Assembly (NCBI RefSeq): GCF_964204645.1
Contig: NC_134028.1
Location: 14,577,653-14,641,652, forward strand
Direction of reading: 5' to 3'
DNA from: Tubulanus polymorphus
Taxonomy: Eukaryota; Animalia; Nemertea
Length of the DNA stretch: 64,000 nt
In this document: positions 13,324 to 25,073 of the stretch, piece by piece
How the letters are laid out: the number at the start of each line of letters is the position of its first letter
How positions within the stretch are numbered: the first letter of the stretch is position 1
Translations under genes and position numbers: made by a program
The notes under the pieces: generated by a model
Seen by the model: the letters and a program-made list of their open reading frames with translations, nothing else
Told to the model about the DNA's origin: nothing
The model's database searches: none

Positions 13324-14230
13324 TGAATAACTGATTCCTCAGTTTACATGCATACAAAAGAAAAGCAAAATAGAAACTTGTCTTTGATCACAAGATGCAC
13401 GTGCAAAAATCAATGCGAACGATCACAACACTCAATAACAACAAATAAGCAACAAAAAAAAACAGAAACAGAGAAAGAAGAAAAAGAACCGATTTACTGA
13501 AGAATAATCAAAAGCGAAATAATAAAAAGAATAATGATAAATAAATGAATAATAAATAGACGAATAAACGAGCAATTAACGCTCCATTTCCTAGCTATCT
13601 AGCACAAGAATAAGCATTCAGCCACCGCTTTGCAATTTCCACAACCAAGCGAACAAAACGCAAAATAAATTGAAATCACACTGAAACCCAGCGTAGAATT
13701 GGAAATCAACTGAATAAAGCAAAACTTATATTAATAAGCAGAATTTAAGAGTTTTCACCTGTCACAACGAATGCGCACTGCTCCAGCAAGCTGACAAAAG
13801 AGTCGGAAAAGGATTATTTTATTTCATGCCGGCTGAATTAAATTCGCAAATATCAGCTTAACAGGGCACAAGAAACACGACAAAATACACCGTGCAACGA
13901 TCTGAATACGACTGAGCGATCCTATTGTAACCGTGTCAATATCAACGACGACTCGAGCTCCGATCCGTTGTTTGACGATCCAACCGCAGCGATAGAAACA
14001 ATATTTTCCAATTTCAAACTGCACTGAATTCCAGAACTTCAGATCACAATTGAACACTATACATATATCTCAACCAGCGTACCCAATTTAGATTCGACAA
14101 AATTTCGACACTGTTCTGCGTATCGCGATTTCACCGCACTAGACGTTCCCGCGCTTTCCAAACGCAAATTGTAGATCCACGTATCTTCTGGTGTAGTGAT
14201 GACCATCCCAAACCCAACGAGGGTGCCAAA

Positions 14231-14623
14231 TGTGACGGGGCTTTCTTGTAAATCCTGTATATGCCTCATCTGTCCGGAGGTCCACTCCACCAACCAACAT
14301 TAAACAACAACGAAAGACCTGCGGGAACAGTGTAAATCACATCAACATATATTTCACAGAGTGGTTGCCTGGAAGGCGACCGCCAACAAACTAACCAATA
14401 AATATTACACATGAAAAATAATTAAGTCAGAATCATACAAAGCTTTCTTACCTGCGGGAACAGTGTAAATCACATCAACATATATTTCACAAAGTGGTTA
14501 CCTGGAAGGCGACCGCCAACAAACACTGTTCCCGCCAAAACTTCAAACTATAAACAGACCATGAAGGTGGCAGCACCGAACGGAGGCTATCAATTATACT
14601 GCCGAATAAACAGCCCGGCAACA
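14231..14623 (-). repeat. 5' LTR of the Gypsy element
   Basis: TGTGACGGGG...GGCAACA, adjacent to the PBS-like sequence at ~14213-14228. Confidence 0.95.
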
Positions 14624-15894
14624 ACAAAATATGCTTAGGTATCAATATAATGTCGAAAAACTTTTTCCCACCAACGAATGTCTACTGATGACACCCGGAT
14701 GGCCGCCAATAGCTTCATAATTGGCTGATCAAAAATACCTGCCTCAGGTATAAAAAATCCCTTTCCAAAGAATACCCATCAGCAATTGCAATGAGAAATG
14801 GCAAACCAGTAGGAAGCTACAGGACCTATAATTATGGCCAGTCTGACATTTTTGGGCACTAAAAAGGTCATAGGACAGCCATCTTGAGTCAGATCGACCC
14901 AATTTTTCTCATGCTGATGGGCCCTTGGTAGATTCAATTATAAACGAAAGATCAAGGTAATTGATCAAAGCGTCTTCAAAATTTCCCTCGAAAACTTCGA
15001 AAATATGTAAAAAGTGCTGATTTTGGAGAACAACAATGGCTGCCAGTCGGTCATCTTGATTCTGACAGGGCCAAATATCAAGACATTACATTGAATCGTC
15101 TTAAAAACTTCCCAAAATAACTGGATTCGTGTAGGAAGGACGGATGACGGATGAAAAGTCCCGAGTGGGCTAAAAATTGGGATTGTGTACATAATAACAG
15201 AATGGTCCGTCAAATCACACCAATCATGGTACAATGTGGTTAAATGTTGCGAGCAATAGAAAGAAGTATTACGACAGTAGCTCATGACATGGGTTTCATA
15301 TATTTATGGAGACAAATTTTATTTACCACAACTGATGATGTAAAATATGGCACTCCTCTTGCAGAGGTTTTTCCAGAGGGAAGCCGCTGTAAAATTTTCA
15401 GCTTTAAACTCCTGCTTCCGGAGGGGACTTAGGTAAATCTTGTAATAACACTGTAACAATACAGGGAAGCATTAATCATATCATAATAAAATCGTCATTA
15501 GCAATATTAATGTGATATAAATCTATGAATGGGAAAGCGTCTCTTGATGAATGAGAAAGCAAGTAATTTATACCAAAACAAACAGTGTGGGAAAGCATAC
15601 TGATAATATACTGTTCACACTAGGATTTCAGTATGGTGCTAAGCGTTTACACTAGGAAATTATTCAAGGCCTATTAGCGGCTTATTCAATTCCGTAAATA
15701 TGCAGCTTATTAAGCGCGGAATGCAAACGTGCCAAAAATGAGCTGCCGCATATTTTCAGTAGTGTGAACGCAGATTCGATGCTTTGCTAGCTGCATATTT
15801 ACATCCGCGTAGTACAATACATTCAACACTAATAACACTCCCCTCTATCGGCACACCGGGTGACTACTATAAGCCTACAGGGTTCAGCGATCTA

Positions 15895-16980
15895 CTAACC
15901 AGCGTCTACTGTCTGTCACACCTGCTCTCCATGCAACGTTTTGGTCAGTAATTTCGTTAATAATCGGTTTATCTCTAAATATTATGTATTAAATATTCAG
16001 TAAGGAATTTGCATTCAGAAATAAATCATGAAGTGGCATAGATTTGTTAGTATTTTCATCTATCAGCGATAGTTTACCTAGCATATGCTCGCGTAATGCT
16101 GGAAAACAGCTTTTTCTGGCCCATCACGTGGCGCCACCTACTGTATTTTGATATGCTAATGAGCTGGTGATGGCGTCACGTTAAGTTTCCGAAATAAATA
16201 ATATCCCGTGGATTCGGTAAAGATCGGTATGTTCTGTAGGAAAAATAGAATATTGATAAAGGTTTGAAATCCGCGGCCAAATGTTTGAAATCCGCGGCCG
16301 AATCACTGGTAGTTATAAATCCATTTATTGATACCTCATCACCACAACAGCTTTTCTCCGCTGCATCAGTTCGGCGTGTTTAGTTTAGGCCTATACGTCT
16401 TGGTACTCTAATGATTTATCGTAGTAAATATCCGATAAAGAAACTAACTGTTTGAAACCCGCGGCCAAATCACTGTGAGTAATAAATTTATTTGTACTTG
16501 CTTTGATTCTCATGGGCGAGGAGAACCCGCAGTGGACCCGGGGAACGATGATGTCAAGACACAAGTTGATTCATCCATCTTTATAGCTCGACAGTGCTTA
16601 TAATATTTTGAGTAGTAAATTATATCCTGTCGGTGGGTTAAGTGTACTGATGAAGAAAATTGCTAATCGTTAACATTTACTGTTTGAAGACTGCGGCTGA
16701 ACGCGATATCTTACAAATTTGTTTATTTACACTTCAATTGATAATCGAAGTGACGAGCAGCCTCCGTTGGATTTTTCGGGATGACGAAAAACATGTCGCC
16801 TCATTGAATAGGGCCCAATTTTTGATGTTTACGGCCCGACAGTGCTTTTGTAACGTTGATTCATGATAATAGGCACGGAGTATTTGAAGATCGTAGTGAG
16901 CTGAAGGAAATCATACGGAGTATATTGGCAACAGTGGCAAGGTAACAAAGCCTAAGTGCTTTTTAGTGAAAATAGTTTGA
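15895..16980 (+). repeat. Dispersed repeat family R1, copy 1
   Basis: Colinear with 37500-38540, 34863-35095 and 43040-43560 (e.g. AAAGATCGGTATGTTCTGTAGGAAAAATAGA; GACACAAGTTGATTCATC; GATAATCGAAGTGACGAGCAGCCT). Confidence 0.85.
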
Positions 16981-18049
16981 CATAAAATAATAATAATAAG
17001 AAACACGCGAATCTCAAAAGGGTTTTCTGTGAAGTAACAGAAAACCCTAATTATTAGATTTATCAAGCTCATTACTTATGAAGTGGGAAAAAACGGCACT
17101 ATGGCCGGTTTTGATCATATGAAAACCCTGATCCAGGACTTTCGCCTCCTACTCGATCTGTCAAGCCGATATACACATGCTTTTAAGTAGGCCCTAGTAC
17201 TTATTATAATCGTCAAATGCATATTTTACTGGGTAGGCCTATACGTGATGTTGTACACCTGCTGAACGTTAAATGTATAAAACCATAATACAAACTTATT
17301 GTATATTTACCTGCTCTCTCAGTCTCACTACACCACGACATCCACGTGCACTAGTGTCGCTGAACAGCAAGGAATTTCGGCATGAATACATGCAGTGCAA
17401 GGTTATCTAAAATCGAATTGGAACGAAAAATTACTTCCGGAACGGTGTAGACCTAAGTTAAAACTTTCACTCTATTGATACAAATTTTAAATCAAATTGC
17501 CTTTTTATTTTATATAGTTCAATATGAACTATTGACATTTTATAAATGCAGCCATTTCATATTATTGTATAAATTTCGTTCCGTACCATGGTTTGTCTGT
17601 TTACCTGGGGGAGGCGGATAACTACTTTTTGCGCATTGATAAATAGGTCTAAAAATCTAGTCTTCAAAATATTTAATGAAGAGATATAAAGTTTCACATT
17701 AGAATGATTAAAGTACGTATTCTAATCAATAATCAAATAAAGTCATCGGGAATATGCTCATAATATTCTAACTGCTGAGTGTAAACTACAGTGTACATGT
17801 TTCGATGACGTTTGTGTGACTGTTTAACATCTTTCATTCATAGTGGCTTCTGAAACGTTTTTATGGTTCTCATTTATGTCTGGTAACGTCTTAAGAGGCC
17901 GCCAAAAAGCAAGGGTGGGATACAGACATGCCAGTCCCACTAAAGAACTGCGTGTTTAGAGTCATAAAGACGAATACAGGCAGCTCTCTGCATGTTTAAG
18001 CCTTTTCTAGAAAGGAGGCCGATTTGCAAATTTATTGCTAGGCTGTTCC

Positions 18050-18210
18050 TTTTATTAGCATTGGTTTGACATCTATGATGTCATTCCAATGCTCGTAAAA
18101 TGGATCAAAAATAGAAGTATGAAAAAATAGGGCCGGCTCTCCTCATTTTCATAGTAACTTCAAATTGTCACTTTGTTCACATAAAACATGAAACAACTGA
18201 AAAAGACTGC
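18050..18210 (+). repeat. Dispersed repeat, partner copy at ~55288-55435
   Basis: Shared CCAATGCT.GTAAAATGGATC.AAAATAG...CTCATTTTCATAGTAACTTCAAATTGTCACT. Confidence 0.8.
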
Positions 18211-19555
18211 GCGATGAAAACAGGGACATCAAACTGAGAAGCACTGAATTTTTGAATAAGGTGTGATTTGAAAAGGCATCTGTGCTGGTTTTTCAAAAAG
18301 TCGAATCTTAATTGACTCCTATTGCATAGGCCTAAGCCAGGACCTCTGGAATTGAATTGAATTGACACAGTAATTCGCCTGTAATTTGCGATGGTAAAAA
18401 AGTGAGACCGTCATGATGAGAGTTCTACATATGTGGGTCATAGTAACTGTGATGCTAACGTCTTACATTTACAGTATCACATTACATTTGTGGTTTGTTG
18501 AGGTAATACTTCGCGAATACTCATTTTCAGTTTTTCACTTAGACCCATCATCCTGACATCCTTGTAAAACCATAGTCCTGAGGGGCCTTAAATTCCATCA
18601 GAGTGTTTGTTGGGAAGGAGAGTGGGAATGTCTTAATTTGAAAGGTTGACAAACAATATCCTTGAGTCTTTGTTTTTTACAGTTAGAAAGGAATTATCCC
18701 TAAGGGCATGCATGTTGGCATGCATCTATTTCTTCACTGCAGATGTATTGCGTAGCAAAAGTCGGTATCTCGCCATGTCAATGTACACAAAGCAAGCGTA
18801 CGCCCGCAGATTACTTCTGTGTGCCTCAAACTGCACACGGTCTGGTGTCAGTATAAAGATGTTCATATTGCCATGCTGGTTATGAATATCCCCATTTTCT
18901 AAGTGTTCGAATGAAATAAGTGGTTTGAATAAGTCTTAATCATTGATTTTCATTTGAATTATTATCAGTCTAATTACGTGTTATAATAAAACGTCTTTGA
19001 AAGTGATGCATAATGTTCATGAAAAGTCTTTGACTATCATTGTCACTCTTATTATGCCATATATCACTCAATTTTAGTTGCAGTTGAGTATGGCGCTGTG
19101 ATTGGCACGACTTGAAACTGTAATTTTCAACAAACGCTGAGAGTGGTACGTCTACTGTATGTGTTTGTTGAAAATTACAGTTGAGCGAATGTTGTATCTT
19201 TGCAACTGGTATAATTTCATAAAAATGATAGATCAGTGACATCGAAATCAGCTAAGTTAAAATAGTAGTTACATAATTTTTCACAATTATTTTGAAAACC
19301 TTTATTTGAGACCTTGAGAAGACCTTTGGTCATCTAGTTTCCCTAGTTGGTTTTCATGGTTCAAGTGGATATTGCAACATCTGCCAGCTTTGTCCTGACA
19401 AAAAATTGTAGAAAGTTGTCTTCACAGCTCTTGTGCTTTTAAAGATATGATGATGCCTTTCATTTATTCAGGTCTACAAGGTTCTAAAAATAGGCAATGA
19501 AATATTAAGATGAGACATTACCTTTCTTGTAAATTATCTCAAAATCTTATTTCAG

Positions 19556-19776
19556 TGAGCCGTACTTGGAAAATATTGTCCTGCATTCTACGTTTGTTCT
19601 TTTAAAACAAGACATCATGCCTGCTGACCTTGTGCATGTAGAAAATAGTCAACAGAAGTTATACTCATTCCTATCAACCTGCTGGGGTTTTGTAGCAGAT
19701 ATTGACATTGATAGTGAGAAGTATCGCGGTATTGGTGCCGCACGATTTAAATTGACAGCTCTTGCCAAAATCATTA
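19556..19776 (+). CDS. SPHK: Sphingosine kinase, internal exon
   Basis: TTATTTCAG acceptor and A|GTAAGT donor. Encodes EPYLEN...PADLVHV...YSFLSTCWGFVADIDIDSEKYRGIGAARF, matching the SPHK C4 region (WGFIADVDLESEKYRRLG..RF). Confidence 0.92.
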
Positions 19777-20922
19777 GTAAGTATAACCATATAATACAAA
19801 AATGCTTTAATTGTTCTATAGAATTTCTTGATTCAGGGGATTTTTCAGAAATGCCACTCAATTGCTTTTCTAGGTGTATTGAATTATATCAGCTTCCTTA
19901 CCCTTTGAGCACCAGCCGGTTTCATTATCTATACCCCTGGAGCGCCAGCACTTTTTGGTGTAAAATGCCCGTAATAGGTACCCCCTTTGACAATACAGAA
20001 CTCCAGAACTATTGGTAAGAGAAAGAAGTTGTCTTTAGAAACTTAGTAGGGGACTAACTAAGCTATCTTGACCATTTAACCAGTGTTAAGGTCATGGTCA
20101 AGGTCACGACTAAAAAAACGAGTAAAATTGTTATTCTCTATCATGCAGAAGTTTTATTGAATGATCAGATACTTATTGAATTGAACAAACACTCAAAAAC
20201 ACTGAACAAACAATCCAGAAAATTTTAGTAATTTCAGGGCCGAAAAGTAAACTTTGAAAGCCCCAGTATCTATTTGTATGTGCTAATAGGTTCGAATCCC
20301 GTAAGTGTGTAATAGAAAAATATATTAGGATTTATTCATACACCGCTATATATTTCAAATTTTTAGCTTACTGCAAGATTTCATAACTTGTTATCCCCAA
20401 GAATACAAAAGATATTCTTAACTCATTCACTCTGAAATACCCATATTCAAAATTGCGTGCAGCAGACGGAATCAATTTCCGCCATTTTGGTTAACAGGGG
20501 ATTCCCCCTCTGGTACTTCCCAAGATCAATAGTGTCTATGACGCGTTGTGTAGGGGATTCCATGGAATTCCCTCACATAATTTATGATAATAATGTTTAC
20601 TCGCATTCTGATTGGTTAAAGTCACGTGTAGTTTGATTGTAGGCAGTGTTTACATTTGTGACGTCATGCTCTCAGCGGCTTTCCGTATGCAACGGTAAAT
20701 ACCGGCAAGCCGCTTACAGCGGCTTAACGTAGTCATTGAGTTAGGTAATTCTATTTCGTTTCGGTTATGGGTTTTGGAGATCCAATGAGATATGCCTCGC
20801 GCATGCGCCATCAGTTGCCTCTTGACGCCATGCGGCAGTCACGGCGTGAGAGTTCACGCTCATAAAATTTTTCGGATTTTTTACGTTCCACTTGCGGGTT
20901 TTTCAAGATTTGAGATCGATTA

Positions 20923-22103
20923 TGCAAGAAGGAACGGTACCGGAACCTGGAGATGGGAGCGTGGCTCCTGTTAGTGTTAGTGTTTCTAGGAAAAACACTC
21001 GAAGAAGCCCTCGACGAGGTCGGGTGGAAATTCCGAGAAAAACAAAATCGGGGCGGCGAGCTCCGCTACGTCGATTTTGCCTTCCACAGCGGCGATTTCT
21101 GGTTCCAGCGCGTCGCGTTGTCGAACTGTCGGGTCTTCGAAGGTAAAAGAAAAGAAAGATTCTAATAATAACGCTTTGGATTTTCAACGGATTGAGAAAC
21201 TTTTGACTGAAGTAATCCAGTCCCAGGTCGAGATGAAGGAAAAAGTGAGTGTTATGTGGGAAGCCGGGTGCGGCGACGAGGTCGGCAGTGATTCGGTTTC
21301 GATTTCCGATTTCGACCAACAAAACGGCATGATATTTCGGACGATGAGGACTATGAGGGGCCTCCAGCAAAAAAGAGCAAACCAAGTTCTGCCGAGGGAA
21401 GTGCTCAAGCCGCTGGCTCGAGTAGGCCTAATAGCATTTTTTCAGCAATGCTGAATAAATGGCAAACTAAAGAAACCACAGGAGTTTCTGTGGATGGAGA
21501 CCTTGCCAATATTGTGCATGGGCTATTCCAAGAAGGGATTAGCGATGAATCGTATAAAGACCCTTGTAAAAAATATGAGAGACCGGACAATTGTGAGAGT
21601 CTCGGCCCGTGAAAGTTGACCAACTGGTTTGGGATATTATTTCGACGAAGTCACAGGCGATGGATGCAAAGTTACAAGTCACTCAGACTTGCATCGCAAA
21701 GGCAGCGGTCTGTCTTACTTATCTGGTGGATAAGTTTAATATTTGCGAATCGGCCGAGAAGCCGAGTAACGACATCGAGGAATATTCTTCTGCCTTAGCG
21801 CTGCTAGGTCATGGATACCATAACTTATGTTTGCGACGACGAGAACTGTTAAAACCGGATTTGAAAAATGAGTATACTCATTTGTGTTCCTCGTCTGTTC
21901 CTCATACCGACAAACTTTTCGGAGGAAATGTGGAAAAAACAATCAAAGATATTACTAATGTGAACCGTGTTGGGTCTAAGTTAAAACCACAGACTTCAGG
22001 CTTCAGAAACAGGGCTTGGAATAGGAGACCGTGGAAAGGGCGCGGCGCATCTACATCGTACAGCCGATATAGCCATATGCACAAACATTTCGGCTCAAAA
22101 TAG
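20923..22103 (+). pseudogene. DIRS gag-like ORF1 (frameshifted)
   Basis: First ORF of the element, with KYERPDNCESL..VKVDQLVW, DAKLQVTQ, LRRRELLKPDL and LFGG motifs typical of animal DIRS ORF1. Confidence 0.7.
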
Positions 22104-22229
22104 AATAGTTATATAAACTTCCAGCAGGCCCATTTGCACGGTGGAAGCGGGCCGAGCTACAGCAAATATAAGAAAGGAAAGAGTCTGAAACAAGTCAAAC
22201 AAGTCAGGTTAGTAGAAAGTCAGATTTTA

Positions 22230-24150
22230 CTATTAAAACCGCTGGAAGTCTCCAGTTTCATTTGGAAAACTGGAAAAAGATCACATCAGATGTAACCATC
22301 TTGAGTGATGTTTCTGGCCACAGGCTTGAATTTATTGATGGTAAGGTACCAGTTCAGCATTGGGTACCCAAGCCGTTGAGATTTAATGATACAGAAACTG
22401 CAATTATACAGGTGCAGCTTGATAGATTCCTGTAATCAGGTGTTATTGAAATGACTGATCATAGCTATCCAGAATTTATATCGAATATTTTTATTCGCCC
22501 GAAAAAAGAAGAGGGGGCATATTGAGTTATTCTGAATTTGAAAAATTTGAATACATTTCTGGAATACCATCACTTCAAGATGGACACTTTTGAAGCTGTT
22601 CTCAAGCTGGTTACACCTGGGTGTTTTATGCAGTCTATTGATGTTAAAGATGCGTATTATTGTATATCAGTCCACCCGGAAGACCGGAGATGGCTTAGGT
22701 TCATGTTCAATGGAAAATTGTATCAGTATACATGCATACCAAATGGCCTTGCATCAGGACCTCGGACTTACACGAAATTGTGTAAGCCAGTTTTATCTTC
22801 CTTAAGGAAGATGGGGATAACAATAAGTGGTTACATTGATGATGAAATAATAATCTCAGACACTGAATCACAATCCCAGCAGGATAAGGTTGACACGATT
22901 GAGTTGCAAGAAGAATTAGGGTATATAATTAATTATAAGAAGACTACTAAAGACGGGTCTCAAGTTATTACACATTTGGGTTTCGTTATAAACTCCAATG
23001 AAATGATAGTCACTCTGACTGAAAAGAAAAAAGAGTACATCTTAATTGAATGCTCCAATTTATTACAGAAGAACATTGAGACGATTAGAATTGTGGCAAA
23101 GGTTGTAGGACTCATCGTGGCAGCTTTGCCTGCTGTGGACTATGGAATGATGTACTATAGAAACTTAGAAGGTGAGAAAATCATAGCTTTACAAAAGAGT
23201 AAAGGAAATTATGATAAAACAATGATTGTATCATGTGAGATGAAACAGGAATTAAAATGATGGGTTGAGAACCTGCATACGGCAGAGCGGAAGATATCTC
23301 GAGGGGAACCGAATGCCGTTATTTCAAGTGATGCTTCCTTTCAAGGCTGGGGGGCAGAATAATAGAACTGGAGGGAGATGGAGGAAAGATGATGCTGAAG
23401 AGAATCAATCTATAAACTTCTTAGAATTAAAAGCCGGATTCTTTGCTCTAAAATCCTTCTGTTCAAAAATGAAAGATACCCATGTCCATCTGAAGATGGA
23501 CAACACATCTGCCATTTCGTATATAAACCATATGGGTGGTACAAAAGTCAAAAGCCTTAATAGCCTGGGTCGTGAAATCTGGGAATGGTGTAAAATAAGG
23601 GGTATCTGGCTTTCAGCTTCACATATACCTGGAAAGTTAAATGTGGACGCGGATTTTGAGAGCAGACATTTCTGTGATGAAGCAGAATGGAAGTTAGATT
23701 CCTCTATATTCAGAAAGATTGTGATGAAAAATGGGACAACAGACATTGACTTATTTGCTCACTAGAATGAATGCACAGTTGCCGATTTACGTATCATGGC
23801 GCCCGGACCCAGGGGCCACATTTGTCAATGCATTTTATGTGTCATGGAAATTTAATCTATATATATATGTTATATGTTTCCACCTTTCAGTCTTGTGGGA
23901 AGATGCCTACAGAAGATTAGAATGGACGAAACTCCAGCAGCAGTATTAGTAGTTCAGCTGTGGGCGACACAGGCGTGGATGACAACACTTGAAATTATTG
24001 ATAGACATCCCCGTAACTCTGCCGAAAGTCGATTGGCTGATAACGCGACAGGGAGAAACTCACCGGTTGAAGGACAGACTGACATTAGTTGCCTGTCTAG
24101 TTTCTGGAGTTCAGGAGAAAAACAGACGTTTTCAACAAGGACTAGAGAGA
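22230..24150 (+). pseudogene. DIRS RT / RNase H / N6-adenine methyltransferase-like ORF
   Basis: HFKMDT, SIDVKDAY, PNGLASGPR, YIDD (RT). SDAS..GWG, INFLELKA, MDN..A..YINHMGG, HIPGKLNVDAD (RH). DIDLFA...FPPF (Dam-like). Several stops and frameshifts. Confidence 0.92.
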
Positions 24151-25073
24151 TTGTTGGCCTCATGGAAAAAGGGCACACATCAATAGTATGAGGTTTTTCT
24201 CAGGAAATGGAAACGGTTTTGTAATAAATGGAAAGTTAATCCAATTCATCCCTCTGTAGAGCAGTATCTCGAATTTTTAGTTTATCTTGTTGATGTAGAA
24301 ACCTTAAGTTACAGTGCAGTGAACTCAGCGAGGTCTGCTGTTGCTCAGATTGTAGAAGTTGATGGGAGATATAATTCAATGAGTATAGGGGCTCACCCCT
24401 TGGTGTCTAGATTTATGAAAGGATTGTACAATTTGAGACCGCCCCAGGTTAGATATACTTATATATGGGATGTTTCCGTTGTTTTAAACTGGGCGGAGAG
24501 TTTATCGCCTGTTAGATTTTTAAGTTTGAAACAGTTGACTTTGAAACTTGTGATGTTATTATCGTTGATTATGGCTGCCAGACCAGCGCAGTCAATGAGT
24601 CAATGAGGATGATTAAAGAGAACGAGAATTATAAGTTTTATTTTGGGAGAACCGATTTAAAACAGTCACGAAGGGGATATATTCCCCCAGATGTTTGTAT
24701 TAAAAAGTATTATGTAAATAGGTTAATTTGTGCTCATCTTGCATTGTCGGAATATATTAGGAGAACTAAGGATATTCGGGAATCTGAACCTAGATTGTTT
24801 GTTATTTACTTAAAACCATACAAAGCAGTTTCGAGAGATACAATAAGCAGATGGGTAAAAACTGCGATGTCGCAGGCTGGAATTGATACAAAAGTATTTA
24901 AGCCTCATAGTGTAAGGGCGGCAGCTACCTCGAAAGCTAAGCTGAACGATGTGCCTTTGGAAGATATTTTGAAAACGGCTGGTTGGTCTAACGCAGCTAC
25001 TTTTGCTAAGTATTATGGAAAACCAATTGTACATGATTCGCAGAATTTTGCTGAAGGAGTATTGAAGAAGTGA
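24125..25073 (+). pseudogene. DIRS tyrosine recombinase
   Basis: NSARSA, HPLVSRFMKG, WDV, AAR (catalytic R), HSVR (HxxR), AGW and FAKYY motifs. Stop and frameshift present. Confidence 0.92.

Larger units (their letters stand above)
7140..14623 (-). mobile_element. Full-length, decayed Ty3/Gypsy LTR retrotransposon
   Basis: Two TG...CA LTRs, 4-bp TSD ACAA (7136-7139 and 14624-14627), PBS-like TGGCACCCTCGTTGGG next to the 5' LTR, PPT next to the 3' LTR, and gag-PR-RT-RH-IN order. Confidence 0.97.
6655..15176 (+). mobile_element. HINE/DINE-1-like repeat, right copy, split by the Gypsy insertion (6655-7139 and 14624-15176)
   Basis: Head AACTAGGGGTCCAGGGACGCC, the same tandem units, resumption after the LTR element at AATATGCTTAGG, then GGACGGATGACGGATG and a GGGCTAAAAA end. 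Confidence 0.65.

Noticed and set aside
18400-19240. Possible decayed coding sequence on the - strand
   Set aside because: No motif I could recognise in the frames I read. It needs BLASTX.
1-19555. Upstream SPHK exons (NPxSG, SGDG, GSGN motifs)
   Set aside because: Not found in the ORF track or by eye. They are probably outside the window, though a short exon could have been missed.
19777-20018. C-terminal half of the 150-aa ORF 19566-20018
   Set aside because: Read-through past the GTAAGT donor. SPHK similarity stops at 19776.
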